This document shows, in pieces, positions 10,514 through 12,136 of a stretch of DNA of 12,136 bases (its first letter is position 1; the number at the start of each line of letters is the position of its first letter). Below the pieces are notes generated by a model. It had not been told where the DNA came from. It saw nothing but the letters and a program-made list of their open reading frames with translations, and made no database searches. A program made the translations under genes and the position numbers. This DNA comes from Amoeboaphelidium protococcarum X5 (Eukaryota > Fungi > Aphelidiomycota), in NCBI GenBank assembly GCA_023515725.1, contig JALDTO010000022.1, forward strand, positions 1-12,136, read 5' to 3'.

Positions 10514-10757
10514 ATATTTTAAGTAATAACAATTCGGCTATTTGGATATAACTGTTAAATTATAATGATTTTACTCACTCTTAAAGTTTGCTTTGTGACG
10601 CCTCTCTCTCACAAGTTTAATCGTACGAACGACGCGCTCGTAAGATGCTCAATCGTTCGTTCGTTCCCTCGTAAAGCTTCGGATCAATTCTTTCCAACGT
10701 TCTGTTAGTACTTCATAGTTGTTGAACAGGATTATAAAACTTTTACTGTGAATTAAA

Positions 10758-12136
10758 ATGTCTGCATATTACGCTGTCGACGAGTATGGACGCCCGCTTA
10801 TTATTGTGAGAGAGCAGGAGAAGTAGATGAGATTGCGCGGTGTTGAGGCAATCAAGAGCCACATCCTGGCTGGTAAGACTGTGGCTAACATTGTTAAGTC
10901 GTCGCTCGGTCCAAAGGGATTGGACAAGATCATGATGTCTCCAGATGGTGAGGTTACTGTGACGAATGATGGTGCCACGATAATGTCGCAGATGGATGTC
11001 GCGAATAACAATTAAATTGCGCGTCTGATGGTTCAGCTGAGTAGGAGCCAGGACGAGGAGATCGGAGACGGCACCACCGGAGTTGTTGTTCTGGCCGGTG
11101 CTCTACTTGATGAAGCTGAGGAACTTATTGCGAAGGGAATTCACCCAGCGAAGGTTTCTGATGGATTTGAGCGTGCGTGTCAGGTTGCCTGTGAGCATTT
11201 GAACGTAATCGCTGACCAGATCGAGTATGGCCCAAAGAATTTGGACAATCTGCTGAAGACTGCCAAGACATCGCTAGGCTCCAAAATCGTGTCAAAGCAT
11301 CATGATCTGTTCACCAAGATTGCTGTCGATGCAGTGCTTTCTGTCGCTGACTTGGAGCGCAAGGATGTTCAGTTTGATCTGATAAAGATTGAAGGTAAGG
11401 TTGGTGGTTCCCTCTCTGATTCCACGCTGATCAAGGGAGTGTTGGTAGACAAGGACTTTTCTCATCCTCAGATGCCTAAAGAGGTGAAAGACGCCAAGAT
11501 TGCCATCCTCACCTGCCCATTTGAGCCACCAAAGCCAAAGACTAAGCACAAGTTGGACATTACTAATGTTGAGGAGTTTAAAGCTCTGCGCGAATATGAG
11601 AAAAAGACTTTCGAAGACATGATTAAGAAGATCAAGGATTGTGGTGCCAATTTGGCTATTTGCCAGTGGGGATTTGATGACGAAGCCAACCATTTGCTAC
11701 TGTAGAATAAGTTACCTGCTGTCAGATGGGTCGGTGGACCAGAGATTGAGTTGATCGCCATTGCTACCAGTGGTCGCATTGTACCGCGCTTTGAAGATCT
11801 GACTGCCGACAAGTTGGGCAAGGCGGCGTTAGTCAGAGAATTGACTTTTGGTACCACACGTGACAAGATGCTGGTGATTGAGGGTGGTGAGACGACTAGA
11901 ACTAATGGTGTAGGTGCAGTGACCGTCTTCATCCGCGGTGGAAATCAGATGATCATTGACGAAGCAAGGCGTTCTCTGCACGATGCCATTTGTGTTGTCA
12001 GAAATCTCATTCGTGACAATCGTGTAGTGTATGGTGGTGGTAGTGCGGAGATTTCTTGTAGCCTGGCTGTAGATAAGGTTGCCGACAGTTGCACCGGTGT
12101 GGAGTAGTATGCTATGCGCAGTTATGCTCGCGCGCT
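10758..12136 (+). CDS. CCT5: T-complex protein 1 subunit epsilon (CCT5), 3' end outside the window
   Basis: [100 protein letters not shown][TAG][21 protein letters not shown]. Confidence 0.98.

Noticed and set aside
10769-11932. Antisense ORFs overlapping CCT5
   Set aside because: They are shadows of a conserved, codon-biased gene.
10758-12136. Introns removing the in-frame TAA/TAG codons
   Set aside because: The protein is colinear with homologs across each TAR codon, leaving no extra sequence to splice.

Overview
Compact, gene-dense eukaryotic (fungal-like, holomycotan) nuclear DNA that uses a non-standard genetic code. TAA and TAG read as Gln and TGA is the only stop (NCBI table 6), so the supplied ORF track breaks the genes into pieces. 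Re-read in this code, the window holds eight CDSs: (1) 5' part of an NFX1/FAP1-type zinc-finger protein (-); (2) and (3) the two halves of one SLC22/OCT-like MFS transporter, encoded as separate divergent genes (TM7-12 on -, TM1-6 on +); (4) a secreted GH18 chitinase with a Cys-rich CBM19-like tail (+); (5) a bacterial-like alpha/beta hydrolase with one 51-nt GT-AG intron inside its GxSxG motif (-); (6) Cdc14 phosphatase (+); (7) 3-hydroxyanthranilate 3,4-dioxygenase BNA1/HAAO (+); (8) 5' part of CCT5 (+). Fungal-type proteins plus TAR=Gln best fit an aphelid such as Amoeboaphelidium protococcarum (inference). The most unusual feature is the split, head-to-head MFS transporter. All translations and family assignments were done by hand from remembered motifs, with no database search.
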